Shown: piece by piece, positions 47,747 to 58,622 of the stretch | Layout: each line of letters starts with the position of its first letter | Numbering within the stretch: position 1 is the stretch's first letter | Source of the DNA: a bacterium | Lineage (GTDB): Bacteria > UBA8248 | Assembly: GCA_965207065.1 (NCBI GenBank) | Contig: OZ242260.1 | Location: 2,464,001-2,528,000, forward strand | Reading direction: 5' to 3' | Length of the DNA stretch: 64,000 bases | Notes under the pieces: model-generated | What the model was told of the DNA's origin: nothing | Seen by the model: only the letters and a program-made list of their open reading frames with translations | The model's database searches: none | Made by a program: the position numbers and the translations under genes

Positions 47747-50035
47747 TTAACCGCCGCCCAGTATCGCCGGCAGGAGAGATTTCCGGGCGCAAGGCTCTGA
47801 TGGCTCCGTTCCCTCCACGAAGGCTTCCAGTATCGGTTCCCCCTCGCACCAGGCCGAGGGTAAATGGCCGGAGCGCGAATCCACGTTCACCAGTATGATG
47901 CCAGGCGGCGGCTCCGGGTTCCGAATTTCATATTCCCTGTCTTCGAACCAGCCCTTCATCACTTCGACCCAGACGGGCAGGGCCGCGCTTCCGCCCGAAG
48001 CCCGGTAGCCCATGTGCTTGTTGTCGTCGCGGCCCACCCATACGCCCAGCACGAGGTCTTCGGAGAAGCCGATGAACCAGGCGTCCCGGAATTCGTTCGT
48101 GGTGCCTGTTTTCCCGGCCAGGAATGCGCCGATCTCTTTGGCCTTTTTCCCGGTTCCGTTCGTGACGACGCCGCGCAGAAGCATTTTCATCTGGTATGCC
48201 GTCTCGGGCGTGATGGCGAGGTGCGTCGTGGGAACGTTGTCTTCCAGCACCCGGTTTCTCCCATCGGTGACTTTCGTGATCTCATAGGGCCGCGCGTATA
48301 CGCCGCGCGTGGCGAATGGGATGTATGAGGCCGTGAACTGGTATGGCGACACCTCGATGGAGCCGAGAGCGAGGGAAAGGTACGGGTTCATTTTCGAGCG
48401 AATGCCGAGCCGGTGCGCGAACGTGATCGCCTTTTGCGGACCCATCTGGTCGAGCAGCTTGATGGTCGCCAGGTTGAGGGAGGATTCCAGGGCCTTTCGC
48501 ATGGTGACGGGGCCATAGAACTTGTTGGTGTAGTTTCTGGGTTTCCAGTCCTTGAGCGTCCCCGGCATGCGGCGCACGAAGGGGGTATCCATGAGTATAT
48601 GGGCGGGCGTGTAGCCCTGGGAAAGGGCAGTCCCCATGACGATGGGCTTGAAAGCCGAACCCGGCTGGCGCCTCGCCTGCGTGGCGCGGTTGAACGGGAA
48701 GCGGCGGAAGTTGGTTCCGCCCGTCAGGGCGCGGAGCGCTCCGGTTTTGGGGTCGAACGCGATGACGGCTCCTTGTACGGTTTCCTGCCACTCCAGGAAT
48801 AGTTTTTTCGAGGCGCGGTCCACCTTGATCACGCGCCCCAGAAGCAGGTCGCCTTCCCTGAGCCTTTTGGGGTCGATGTGTCGGGGAGCAGGCATCTCCG
48901 CCTCATAGTCCCCGATGATTCCGCTCACCATCTTGCCCGTGATGTCCAGAATGTGGAACTGGAATCGATCCCCCAATCGCGGCGGCCTCTTGATTTCCGC
49001 TCCGGGACTCTTGAATCCGCGTCTTTTGTTTATCTTCTCGATTCCGTTGATGAGCGCTTTGTGAGCGATTTTCTGCAGGCCGATATCGATCGTCGTATGG
49101 ATTTGCAGACCGCTCTTGTAAAGGGATTGTCCATATCGGCGGCTGAGGCTGATGCGCGTTTTTTCAATGAAATAGGCGGCTTCCGGCACGATATTGGCTA
49201 TCCGGGGGATCACTTCGATTGGCTCTTCGCGGGTGGTATTCGCCTGCTCTTCGGTGATGAAGCCCGAAGCCCGCATTCTGTCGATCACCAGGTTGCGTCT
49301 CCACATCGCCTTTTCGGGATTGGTTCTGGGATTGAACCTGGTGGGCGCCTTGGGCAGACCTGCAATCATGGCGGATTCGGCCAGGGTGAGTTGGGCGACC
49401 GTTTTCCCGAAATATATCTGGGCCGCCGCCTGCACGCCGTACGCGCCGCTGCCGAGGTAGATTTGGTTCATGTAAAATTCGAGTATTTCATCTTTCGTGA
49501 AGCGCCGCTCGATCTCGAGGGCCAATAAGGCTTCCCGAAATTTCCGCTTGAGTTTTTGCTCTGGCGTCAGGAAGAGGACTTTCGCCAACTGCTGCGTGAT
49601 GGTGCTGCCCCCCTGAACGTAGCGGCCCGCGAGCAGGTTCTTGATAAACGCCCGAAAGATATCGGGATAGCTCACGCCGGGGTGGTCGTAGAAGCGGCTG
49701 TCTTCTATGGCCAGAAACGCCTGCTGCAGCTTTGCGGGGATTTGTTTCAAAGGGATGGGTTTTCTTCTTTCCTGGTACAGTTCCGCCAGCAACTCGCCTC
49801 CGCGGGCGTAAATGCGCGTGATGGTGTTGGGTTTATAGTTATGGAGACGCTCGAGTTCGGGAAAATCGTAAAGATAGGTAAAGCTGGCGCCTATCCCCAT
49901 TCCGCATAAAATGGCCAGAACACTTAGGGTGAGAAGGGTTGTTCTTCCGCGTATGGAACGGGGCAACAACGGAGTGGTCCTCTTTGGGAGGCGAATTTTT
50001 CGAAGCGTTTCTCCGCATTTTGCGGAGATCGACAA
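47747..50035 (-). CDS. mrcA: Class A penicillin-binding protein 1A (start uncertain)
   Basis: TM anchor; EDSRFYDH, GGSTITQQLAK, RKFRE; SAFK, SLN, KTG. Confidence 0.92.
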   Translation of the reverse strand: MSISAKCGETLRKIRLPKRTTPLLPRSIRGRTTLLTLSVLAILCGMGIGASFTYLYDFPELERLHNYKPNTITRIYARGGELLAELYQERRKPIPLKQIPAKLQQAFLAIEDSRFYDHPGVSYPDIFRAFIKNLLAGRYVQGGSTITQQLAKVLFLTPEQKLKRKFREALLALEIERRFTKDEILEFYMNQIYLGSGAYGVQAAAQIYFGKTVAQLTLAESAMIAGLPKAPTRFNPRTNPEKAMWRRNLVIDRMRASGFITEEQANTTREEPIEVIPRIANIVPEAAYFIEKTRISLSRRYGQSLYKSGLQIHTTIDIGLQKIAHKALINGIEKINKRRGFKSPGAEIKRPPRLGDRFQFHILDITGKMVSGIIGDYEAEMPAPRHIDPKRLREGDLLLGRVIKVDRASKKLFLEWQETVQGAVIAFDPKTGALRALTGGTNFRRFPFNRATQARRQPGSAFKPIVMGTALSQGYTPAHILMDTPFVRRMPGTLKDWKPRNYTNKFYGPVTMRKALESSLNLATIKLLDQMGPQKAITFAHRLGIRSKMNPYLSLALGSIEVSPYQFTASYIPFATRGVYARPYEITKVTDGRNRVLEDNVPTTHLAITPETAYQMKMLLRGVVTNGTGKKAKEIGAFLAGKTGTTNEFRDAWFIGFSEDLVLGVWVGRDDNKHMGYRASGGSAALPVWVEVMKGWFEDREYEIRNPEPPPGIILVNVDSRSGHLPSAWCEGEPILEAFVEGTEPSEPCARKSLLPAILGGG

Positions 50036-50188
50036 TTATAGGTTTGCAACGCCCTTTTCGCAATGTTTAAAAAACCGGGGAGTTCGTATTTCTCGCGACG
50101 AAGCCGTTCCTGGGAGATGAGGGCAGGGTCTATGCGGACAGGCGCGGCGTCTGGTGGTTCCTTATCGGATCGGTATTCTCCGCCACTG

Positions 50189-50296
50189 GGTTTTGGGTAC
50201 ACCCTCATGTTTTTGGACGTCACCGTCGTCCTGCCCCTGAGCCACAACGCCCTGATATGGGTGGTGTTCCTGAGCCTCGTCTTCATGGGCGGTCTG
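50189..50296 (+). pseudogene. Fragment resembling an EamA/DMT transporter
   Basis: DVTVVLPLSHNALIWVVFLSLVFMGGL in a host-like codon frame, no start, truncated. Confidence 0.35.
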
Positions 50297-50566
50297 GGGA
50301 TTCACGGCGAACGGCGCCAAGGTCCTGCTGCACCAGATGGCGGGCTCGAAGGAGGACGCCGAGACGGTGAGCCCGTTCTTCCAGGACAAGCACGCCCACG
50401 GCCTGGGCGACCCGCTGCGGGTGCTCAGGGTCACCGGCTTCGAGCGCCGCCAGATGGACACTCTGAGGCGGGAACTGGACCAGAACTACGAAGAGGAAAA
50501 CGACATCAGGAAGCCCTCAGCCGATATGCGCCAAAAGAAATTATCCAGCATCTACAGGACTTGACC
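50295..50566 (+). mobile_element. Internally deleted IS256-family transposase remnant with right end
   Basis: WGFTANGAKVLL..GSKED...FFQD...GLGDPL joined directly to a C-terminal-like VTGFERRQM..; ends in GGACTTGACC. Confidence 0.6.
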
Positions 50567-50791
50567 CGTTCCGGGAACATTACCTGATTGTATGCTATAA
50601 GAACCTATAATTCGAGTAAAAAATATAAATCTAGTATTGGGGAACTCCACGAGCAAGGGTGAAAAACGGAACTATTCTTCACTTGCGCTGTTATTGTCGC
50701 AACGTCCCGGCAAATTTGTCGAGGTTTCGTTTGACTGCTTGTATGTTCCGCCTGAGAAGTCTCCTGGGCGGGCTCACAAAGGGAGGTGAAT

Positions 50792-52318
50792 GTGAGAACA
50801 GTATTGACAATTCTTGCGGTGACGATTCTTGCGGCCCTCACAGTTCTGACCGGGTGCGGCGGCGGAGGGGGCGGAGGTTCTGTTCCCACACCTGCTGTTA
50901 TGCCGGGTTCTCCAGAGATGGAAATTATTCCTGAACATTCCGGCATCGAGAATATCGCGGGGGTGGATATCCGGGATACGTGGAAATCGCCCGAACCGAT
51001 CAAGTCGTATTTTGGTCTTAGTGGAGATGGTAATTTACCCCGGTTCGAAGGTATCGATTCGTCGCAGTATTCCATATTGGGTTCCAAGGACGGAATTACT
51101 TATGCACAAAGGATGTCGGGTCCGACGGACACGATTGATATCGACTTCATCGGGGATTTTGATGGGTATTTTGACTCGTTGCCGGATTACGTGCGGGGAA
51201 CCATCGAGAGAGCGGGAAAGGCCTGGTCTCATAGGCTCAAGGACGTACTCGGCCCCTTCATGTCAACGGATTCGGTGGTGACCCGCAAGGGGAGGGATGA
51301 GAACGGATGGACTATCCCACGCTTGGTGGACGGGATTCTCCTTGATTTTGAAACTGATTTCGAGAATCCCAAGTGGGATTTTGAATGGGGCTATTCCCGC
51401 GGGTTTTATCGGTACGAACAGATAGAGGGAAAGGACTTTACGGTCAGGACGGGTTGGATTGAGGTGGCGGCGGGTGACATCAACAGAGGGCCATTGTGGT
51501 TCGCATATCTCGCTGCTCATGAAATTGGCCACGCAATCGGACATGGCATAGAACTCGGGAGAACCGACACTCCGGAGACCATTGAACGTTACATAGACTA
51601 CGAGCGCGGAGTATGGACCGGCCCGAACTTGACGGCGGCCAACGGTGGCAGGAACGTGGCTTTCCAGCCCGGGCATGAAGGAAAATCCGATTTTGGCCAT
51701 TTAGGCGCCTGCGAGATGATCATGTCCTATTGCGGTGCTGGAATTGCAATCCCGCATGAGATGGATTTCGCCTACATGAAGGATATCGGTTATACCGTGG
51801 CGGATGACTATCCTACGGAGCCTGAGGCATACAGCTATGGCGCATGGGCGCAACATTCGGCTTGGGTGGTGACATCGGCCCGAATCATGACTTTCTCACC
51901 CACCCGCATCACCGACTACATTACGGTGGAAGCGGATGTTTACGGGAATCCGGCATTCACGAATTTCGCCGATGCGCACACGGGCACGCTGACGTGGAAC
52001 GGCTCTTTGCTGGCCAGCGATATGGCCAGTTTTGCTCCGGTGTTCGGCGAAGCGGAAATCGTTCTTTCCGCCGACACGCTCGACGGCACGGTGCAGTTCA
52101 TGAATCTTCGCTCGGTAGTTGACGTGGAAGCGCAGGCTCAACTCACGGGATGGCGGAAATCCAGTCTGGCGTATGACGTGACGGTGGAAGAAAACGGGTT
52201 CACGGACACAGGCGGAAAAGTGATGGGAAGGTTTTACGGCCCGAATCACGAGGAGGCGGCCGGGATTCTGGATGATGCGGCGGAGAAAATTCTTGGAGCA
52301 TTCGGCGGGATAAGATAA
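50792..52318 (+). CDS. Surface lipoprotein with zinc metalloprotease motif and C-terminal TbpB-like beta-barrel
   Basis: Lipobox LTGC plus poly-Gly; HEIGHAIG..GH..IMSY; GRFYGPNHEEAAG..GAFGG. Confidence 0.8.
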   Translation: MRTVLTILAVTILAALTVLTGCGGGGGGGSVPTPAVMPGSPEMEIIPEHSGIENIAGVDIRDTWKSPEPIKSYFGLSGDGNLPRFEGIDSSQYSILGSKDGITYAQRMSGPTDTIDIDFIGDFDGYFDSLPDYVRGTIERAGKAWSHRLKDVLGPFMSTDSVVTRKGRDENGWTIPRLVDGILLDFETDFENPKWDFEWGYSRGFYRYEQIEGKDFTVRTGWIEVAAGDINRGPLWFAYLAAHEIGHAIGHGIELGRTDTPETIERYIDYERGVWTGPNLTAANGGRNVAFQPGHEGKSDFGHLGACEMIMSYCGAGIAIPHEMDFAYMKDIGYTVADDYPTEPEAYSYGAWAQHSAWVVTSARIMTFSPTRITDYITVEADVYGNPAFTNFADAHTGTLTWNGSLLASDMASFAPVFGEAEIVLSADTLDGTVQFMNLRSVVDVEAQAQLTGWRKSSLAYDVTVEENGFTDTGGKVMGRFYGPNHEEAAGILDDAAEKILGAFGGIR

Positions 52319-52627
52319 GGAAAACCGCGCCGGATCAACCGGCAGTCCAAGGAACGCCGCAAGAATGACGAATGGATACCGGCGGAAGACATCTCCTTCT
52401 GTTTCGGAATCAAACTACCATTTCAAAGAACCGGAAACGAACTGGGAGCAGGGATGAGAGGATGATGCTGATATACATGAGGAATGCGTCGGCCCGTATT
52501 CTCATTTTGCCGATAGGGGAAACGAGAAGCCGCTTTCGTAGCGACAACCCCTCCTCGGGATTGTCCCACTGCGCGGCATCGGGCTTCGCAGAACGCTTGA
52601 CGCTCTCGTCCCGAGCAAGCGCTCTCG

Positions 52628-52743
52628 AACCCTCATCCTGAGTAGGCGCGCAGGCGTCGTACCGAAGGATGGGGAAACGCATCTCTCCGGCGGACGCGAA
52701 TTTCGCTCTTCGATACGCGGCTTCGCTACTACTCAGGGTGAGG
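52628..52743. repeat. CCTCATCCTGAG-type palindromic repeat element
   Basis: Arms CCTCATCCTGAGTAG / CTACTCAGGGTGAGG; exact 21-bp reverse-complement match at 5096-5116. Confidence 0.7.
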
Positions 52744-52895
52744 TGGAGCGACGGGTTGCGCAGGACGAAGGGGGGATTTCTAACTACGAATTTTCGGCGA
52801 AGAACTATAAAGCTGAACTCTGCCTTATTTTTCATCGGCTAATGATTGTTGCCAATGCGGGATGGCGGAGTTAGGGTAACATTCATCCAAGTTTT

Positions 52896-54068
52896 TTGGC
52901 GAGGTCTTGCAAGACACCATCTGTAGGCGGACGGATTATCAATTACATCACAAGCACAAAGAATAAGACTCGACTTAAGAAGCTGTTTCACATAGAAACT
53001 ACATCTTCATGCCTGGCGCTTTTGTTTGCTGTGATATTCGTATTGACACTGTCTGGCTGTGGCGGCGGTGGGGGTGGTTCTGGAAGAGAAGTTATGATCA
53101 CCCCGCCCGGAAACCGCGCTCCCACGGCCGTACGGGCCTTCTCGAATCTTTCCTTGACGCATGAACCCGGCAATCCGCAACGATGGAGGTCCGAAGGCTT
53201 TGACACCTATTTTACGGACCCGGACCTCGATAGTTTGGGCTACAGCTCATCTGTGAGCAAACAAGGCGTTGCCAGCGCCGGGGTCGCGGGAAGTAATCCG
53301 AACTACTTGGTAGTGGAAACGATAAGAGCCGGGACGGCGGTCGTCACGGTAAATGCATCGGACCCGTTTGGCCTCACTGTTTCGCAAAGCTTCACGGTGA
53401 CGGTACACGAGGAAAAGCCTCGGCCCCCGAACCGCGCTCCCACGGCCGTACGGGCCTTCTCGAATCTTTCCTTGACGCATGAACCCGGCAACCCGCAACG
53501 TTGGTTGTCAGAAGACCTTGTCACCTATTTTACGGATCCGGATCTCGACCGCCTGGGCTATATCGCATCTACGAGCAACAATAGTGTTGCCGGTGCCGGT
53601 ATCAGTTTTTATCTATCGGATCCTGAGCCGAGTTACTTGAGCGTGAGTACGAATCGCGCCGGGACAGCGGTCATCACGGTAGAAGCATCGGACCCCTTTG
53701 GCCTCACTGTTTCGCAAAGCTTCACGGTGACGGTACACGAGGAAAAGCCTCGGCCCCCGAATCGCGCTCCCATGGCCGTGCGGGCCTTCTCGAATCTTTC
53801 CTTGACCCATGAACCCGGCAACCCGCAACGATGGAGATTAGAAGGCCTTGACACCTATTTTACGGATCCGGATCTTGACTCGTTGGCCTATGGCGCAGTT
53901 TCGAGCAACGATAGTGTTGCCGGTGCCAGTATCGGGTATTCATCGAACCTTGGTTTGCATTACATGATTGTGAACACGGTTAGCGCCGGGACAGCGGTCA
54001 TCACGTTAAGCGTAACGGACCCAAGTGGCCTCAGTGTTTCGCAAAGCTTTACGGTAACGGTACGTTAG
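52896..54068 (+). CDS. Lipoprotein with three tandem Ig/cadherin-like repeats (start uncertain)
   Basis: LSGC plus poly-Gly; NRAP..FTDPDLD.L.Y..GTAV.TV.ASDP.G..SQSFTVTV units starting at 53112, 53430, 53760. Confidence 0.85.
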   Translation: MARSCKTPSVGGRIINYITSTKNKTRLKKLFHIETTSSCLALLFAVIFVLTLSGCGGGGGGSGREVMITPPGNRAPTAVRAFSNLSLTHEPGNPQRWRSEGFDTYFTDPDLDSLGYSSSVSKQGVASAGVAGSNPNYLVVETIRAGTAVVTVNASDPFGLTVSQSFTVTVHEEKPRPPNRAPTAVRAFSNLSLTHEPGNPQRWLSEDLVTYFTDPDLDRLGYIASTSNNSVAGAGISFYLSDPEPSYLSVSTNRAGTAVITVEASDPFGLTVSQSFTVTVHEEKPRPPNRAPMAVRAFSNLSLTHEPGNPQRWRLEGLDTYFTDPDLDSLAYGAVSSNDSVAGASIGYSSNLGLHYMIVNTVSAGTAVITLSVTDPSGLSVSQSFTVTVR

Positions 54069-54376
54069 AGAACGGCTTAGCCTCTGGACCATTCCTGCAC
54101 TCTCAAAGGGTCCACCCCCGTATCTCTGGACGCACCTTGCAGAAGACGGATCGACTCACTTGCTGAGTTGGACCAATTTCATTTTACGATCGACGGGCCA
54201 GGTAGACGGACAATCCGGATAACCGGCGGTGCGAACCTGAATAAAAAATATTCGACGCAGGCAGGATAGAGGTGCCCGGAAATCCTGATAGTTGAGTCGG
54301 CAATATCACACTGACCATTATCATCTTCACATTGCGTCACGATCCCTCTGTCGGCCGGAGAGCGTTTCAAGAAACT

Positions 54377-55732
54377 TTATTTCTTTCGGAAATTTCGAGA
54401 CACCTTGATGATTTTCAGGCTGCGGGGTTTCCGCATATCATCGTTGCGTATGAGCGGGAGCGAAACCACGGCATCCTTCTCGCCCTCGCGAATTGTCGCC
54501 TCGATGATTCCGTCATGAAAATCCACGCCCGGAACGGCGGGGTTCGCTCCGCTCCCGGGCGCGAGGCGCACACTCACCTGGACATCCTCCGGCGCCGCCA
54601 CCGGAAGCGAGAGCTTCACCCGGAGCGCCTCGCCGCTGACGATGCTGTTTTGCAGGGGCTGGATGTTCACCCTGTTCGCCAAAGTGGAAGTTTCGATTCG
54701 TCTGGCGACCTTGATCCGGCCGATTTTGTCGACAGGCCGCCAGAGGTTAAAGACACCGGGCACAGTGTTCTTTGGCAACGTTCCCAGGCCTTCCCACCTG
54801 GGTTTCGGTTTCGACGGACCTCCGATTGGTACGGAGACCTTGGCCAAAAACGACGACGAGTCTTTTCTTCTGCCGATTCCGTCGTAACCGGCGGAAAGAT
54901 TCAGCCAGGGGTGCGGGCGCCAGTCGAGGCCGAGGCGCGCGCCCTCGTCCCATTCGTCTGAGCCGTCTTCAGCCTGCCAGCGGTAGGTGGTCAGGTTCGC
55001 GCGAAGGGTCGTTGTCAGCTTGAGATTCAGGCCGAGTTCCACCCCTTCGAGGGCGCGTTCTTCGTATCCGGGATCCGTGGAACGCCAATTCGTGGCAGGC
55101 AGGAAATACGTGAGCGACCCCGTCCCCCAGCGCCCGGCGTAGTCCACTCTGGACGCCAACACCTGGTGTCCCCAATCCGCGCTGTGCAAAGAGAACGCGG
55201 ACATCCCGAAGACACCCGAATCCGGCTCGTCGGTGAGCCGGAATCGGTAGGCCATGCCGATACGCAAGTCGTCGCGGGAATCTCCCTCGGAGTCCCGCCA
55301 CCGGGTGATGCCTTGTTGTAAGAACAACGAGGAGCGAGTCCGGTGGTCTTTGTCCGTAAACGCAAGCGGGATCACGACATCGAGATCGTTCACGAATCCT
55401 GTCCCACTTTGATAAGAAAGATCGCCGAAGAATCGGAAATTCTCCCCGAACGCTTTCTTTCCTAATTCATTTGCGGAGTCCATACTTTTTTTCAGCAACA
55501 GATTCACTCCGCCATCGAGAAGGCAACTCGTCCCGCTCGATAGAGTCCCGTCGATAGCCGCCCCGCAACTTCCCGCGGGGGTCAGGGAGTCTTGCCAAAA
55601 CCAATCGAAGGCATCGGCTTCTACGGGAGAGAAGACGATTGCCGCCGCGAGCGCGAGAATATACGGGATCGTCCGGACGACCCCAATCGCCGAAGCAAGA
55701 TAGGATAAAGAAAATCCGTCGAATCTATCCAC
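54377..55732 (-). CDS. Inverse autotransporter (invasin-like) beta-domain protein with C-terminal Calx-beta-like domain (start uncertain)
   Basis: Signal peptide ..ADA; alternating beta strands, IGMAYRF, YEERALEGVEL, LWRPV..I; PGVDF..IREGE..IRNDD. Confidence 0.7.
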   Translation of the reverse strand: MDRFDGFSLSYLASAIGVVRTIPYILALAAAIVFSPVEADAFDWFWQDSLTPAGSCGAAIDGTLSSGTSCLLDGGVNLLLKKSMDSANELGKKAFGENFRFFGDLSYQSGTGFVNDLDVVIPLAFTDKDHRTRSSLFLQQGITRWRDSEGDSRDDLRIGMAYRFRLTDEPDSGVFGMSAFSLHSADWGHQVLASRVDYAGRWGTGSLTYFLPATNWRSTDPGYEERALEGVELGLNLKLTTTLRANLTTYRWQAEDGSDEWDEGARLGLDWRPHPWLNLSAGYDGIGRRKDSSSFLAKVSVPIGGPSKPKPRWEGLGTLPKNTVPGVFNLWRPVDKIGRIKVARRIETSTLANRVNIQPLQNSIVSGEALRVKLSLPVAAPEDVQVSVRLAPGSGANPAVPGVDFHDGIIEATIREGEKDAVVSLPLIRNDDMRKPRSLKIIKVSRNFRKK

Positions 55733-55996
55733 GATTTCTCTCCCTCTCTCCAACTTGGCGCATACTCGATAACAACCTGAAAGTATACCAAGGCGTAATC
55801 GCAAAGCGTAGCGATTCCTAGGAGAGCGCAAAATAAGGGGTTCCCGAATAAATTTCTCACCTAAATAATAATAGTCTCAAAAAAGGCGCCTATAAACCCG
55901 TTTGCTCGTTGACAAGGTCAGGCGAGGTCGACATAAAGGGATGCGCAAATCGTGTTCGTATCCCGTCGCCCACTTGTCTCAAGGGGAGCGTATAGG

Positions 55997-56524
55997 GTGA
56001 TTGAGCAATCACGTGTCCTGGTGCTCAACCAGACGTATGAGCCGATAAACGTCTGCAACGCCCGTCGTGCGATTCGCATGATGATTAACGGAAAAGCCGA
56101 TACCGTCGAGACGAACGGCTTACTCGTCCGCAGCGAAGCGATGGAGTTTCACCTCCCCGCCGTCATACGGTTGAGAACGTATGTGTATGTTCCGCGCCGA
56201 AGCCAGATTCCGTTCAGTAAAAAGAATGTGATGCGCCGCGACGAGAATACCTGCCAGTATTGCGGGGCGAAAGGCGGATATTTGACGGTGGATCACGTCC
56301 TGCCGCGTTCACGCGGCGGCCGCTCCACGTGGGAGAACGTGGTATGCAGTTGCCGGAGATGCAATGCGAAAAAGGGGGACCGCACGCCGGAGGAGGCCAG
56401 ACTGAAGCTGAAAAAGCAGCCCCATAAGCCGAAGTCGTTCATATTCCATCACCTGAACTATCGTTTTCCGCAAGCAGCGCAGCAAGTATGGGAAAAATAC
56501 CTTCAACCCACGCCTCTCACCTGA
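55997..56524 (+). CDS. HNH endonuclease
   Basis: VLVLN..YEP; RDENTCQYCG..TVDHVLPRSRGG..WENVVCSCRRCNAKKGD. Confidence 0.92.
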   Translation: MIEQSRVLVLNQTYEPINVCNARRAIRMMINGKADTVETNGLLVRSEAMEFHLPAVIRLRTYVYVPRRSQIPFSKKNVMRRDENTCQYCGAKGGYLTVDHVLPRSRGGRSTWENVVCSCRRCNAKKGDRTPEEARLKLKKQPHKPKSFIFHHLNYRFPQAAQQVWEKYLQPTPLT

Positions 56525-56612
56525 CCCGCAAGGTTTATCAACCATCCTTTATCCGCTAAACTTTGATCCGCTCGTTTTTTCGAGCGCCTGAGTCGGAGGT
56601 TGAGGACCCTTT

Positions 56613-58618
<2,006 letters not shown>

Positions 58619-58622
<4 letters not shown>

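Noticed and set aside
41801-47919. PBP1A 3' duplicate as a DGR template/variable repeat pair
   Set aside because: The 15 mismatches are not confined to adenines of one copy, and the repeat extends past the stop, as expected for an insertion boundary
53112-54068. DGR-driven diversification of the Ig repeats
   Set aside because: Differences include indels and all base types; no non-coding template repeat in the window
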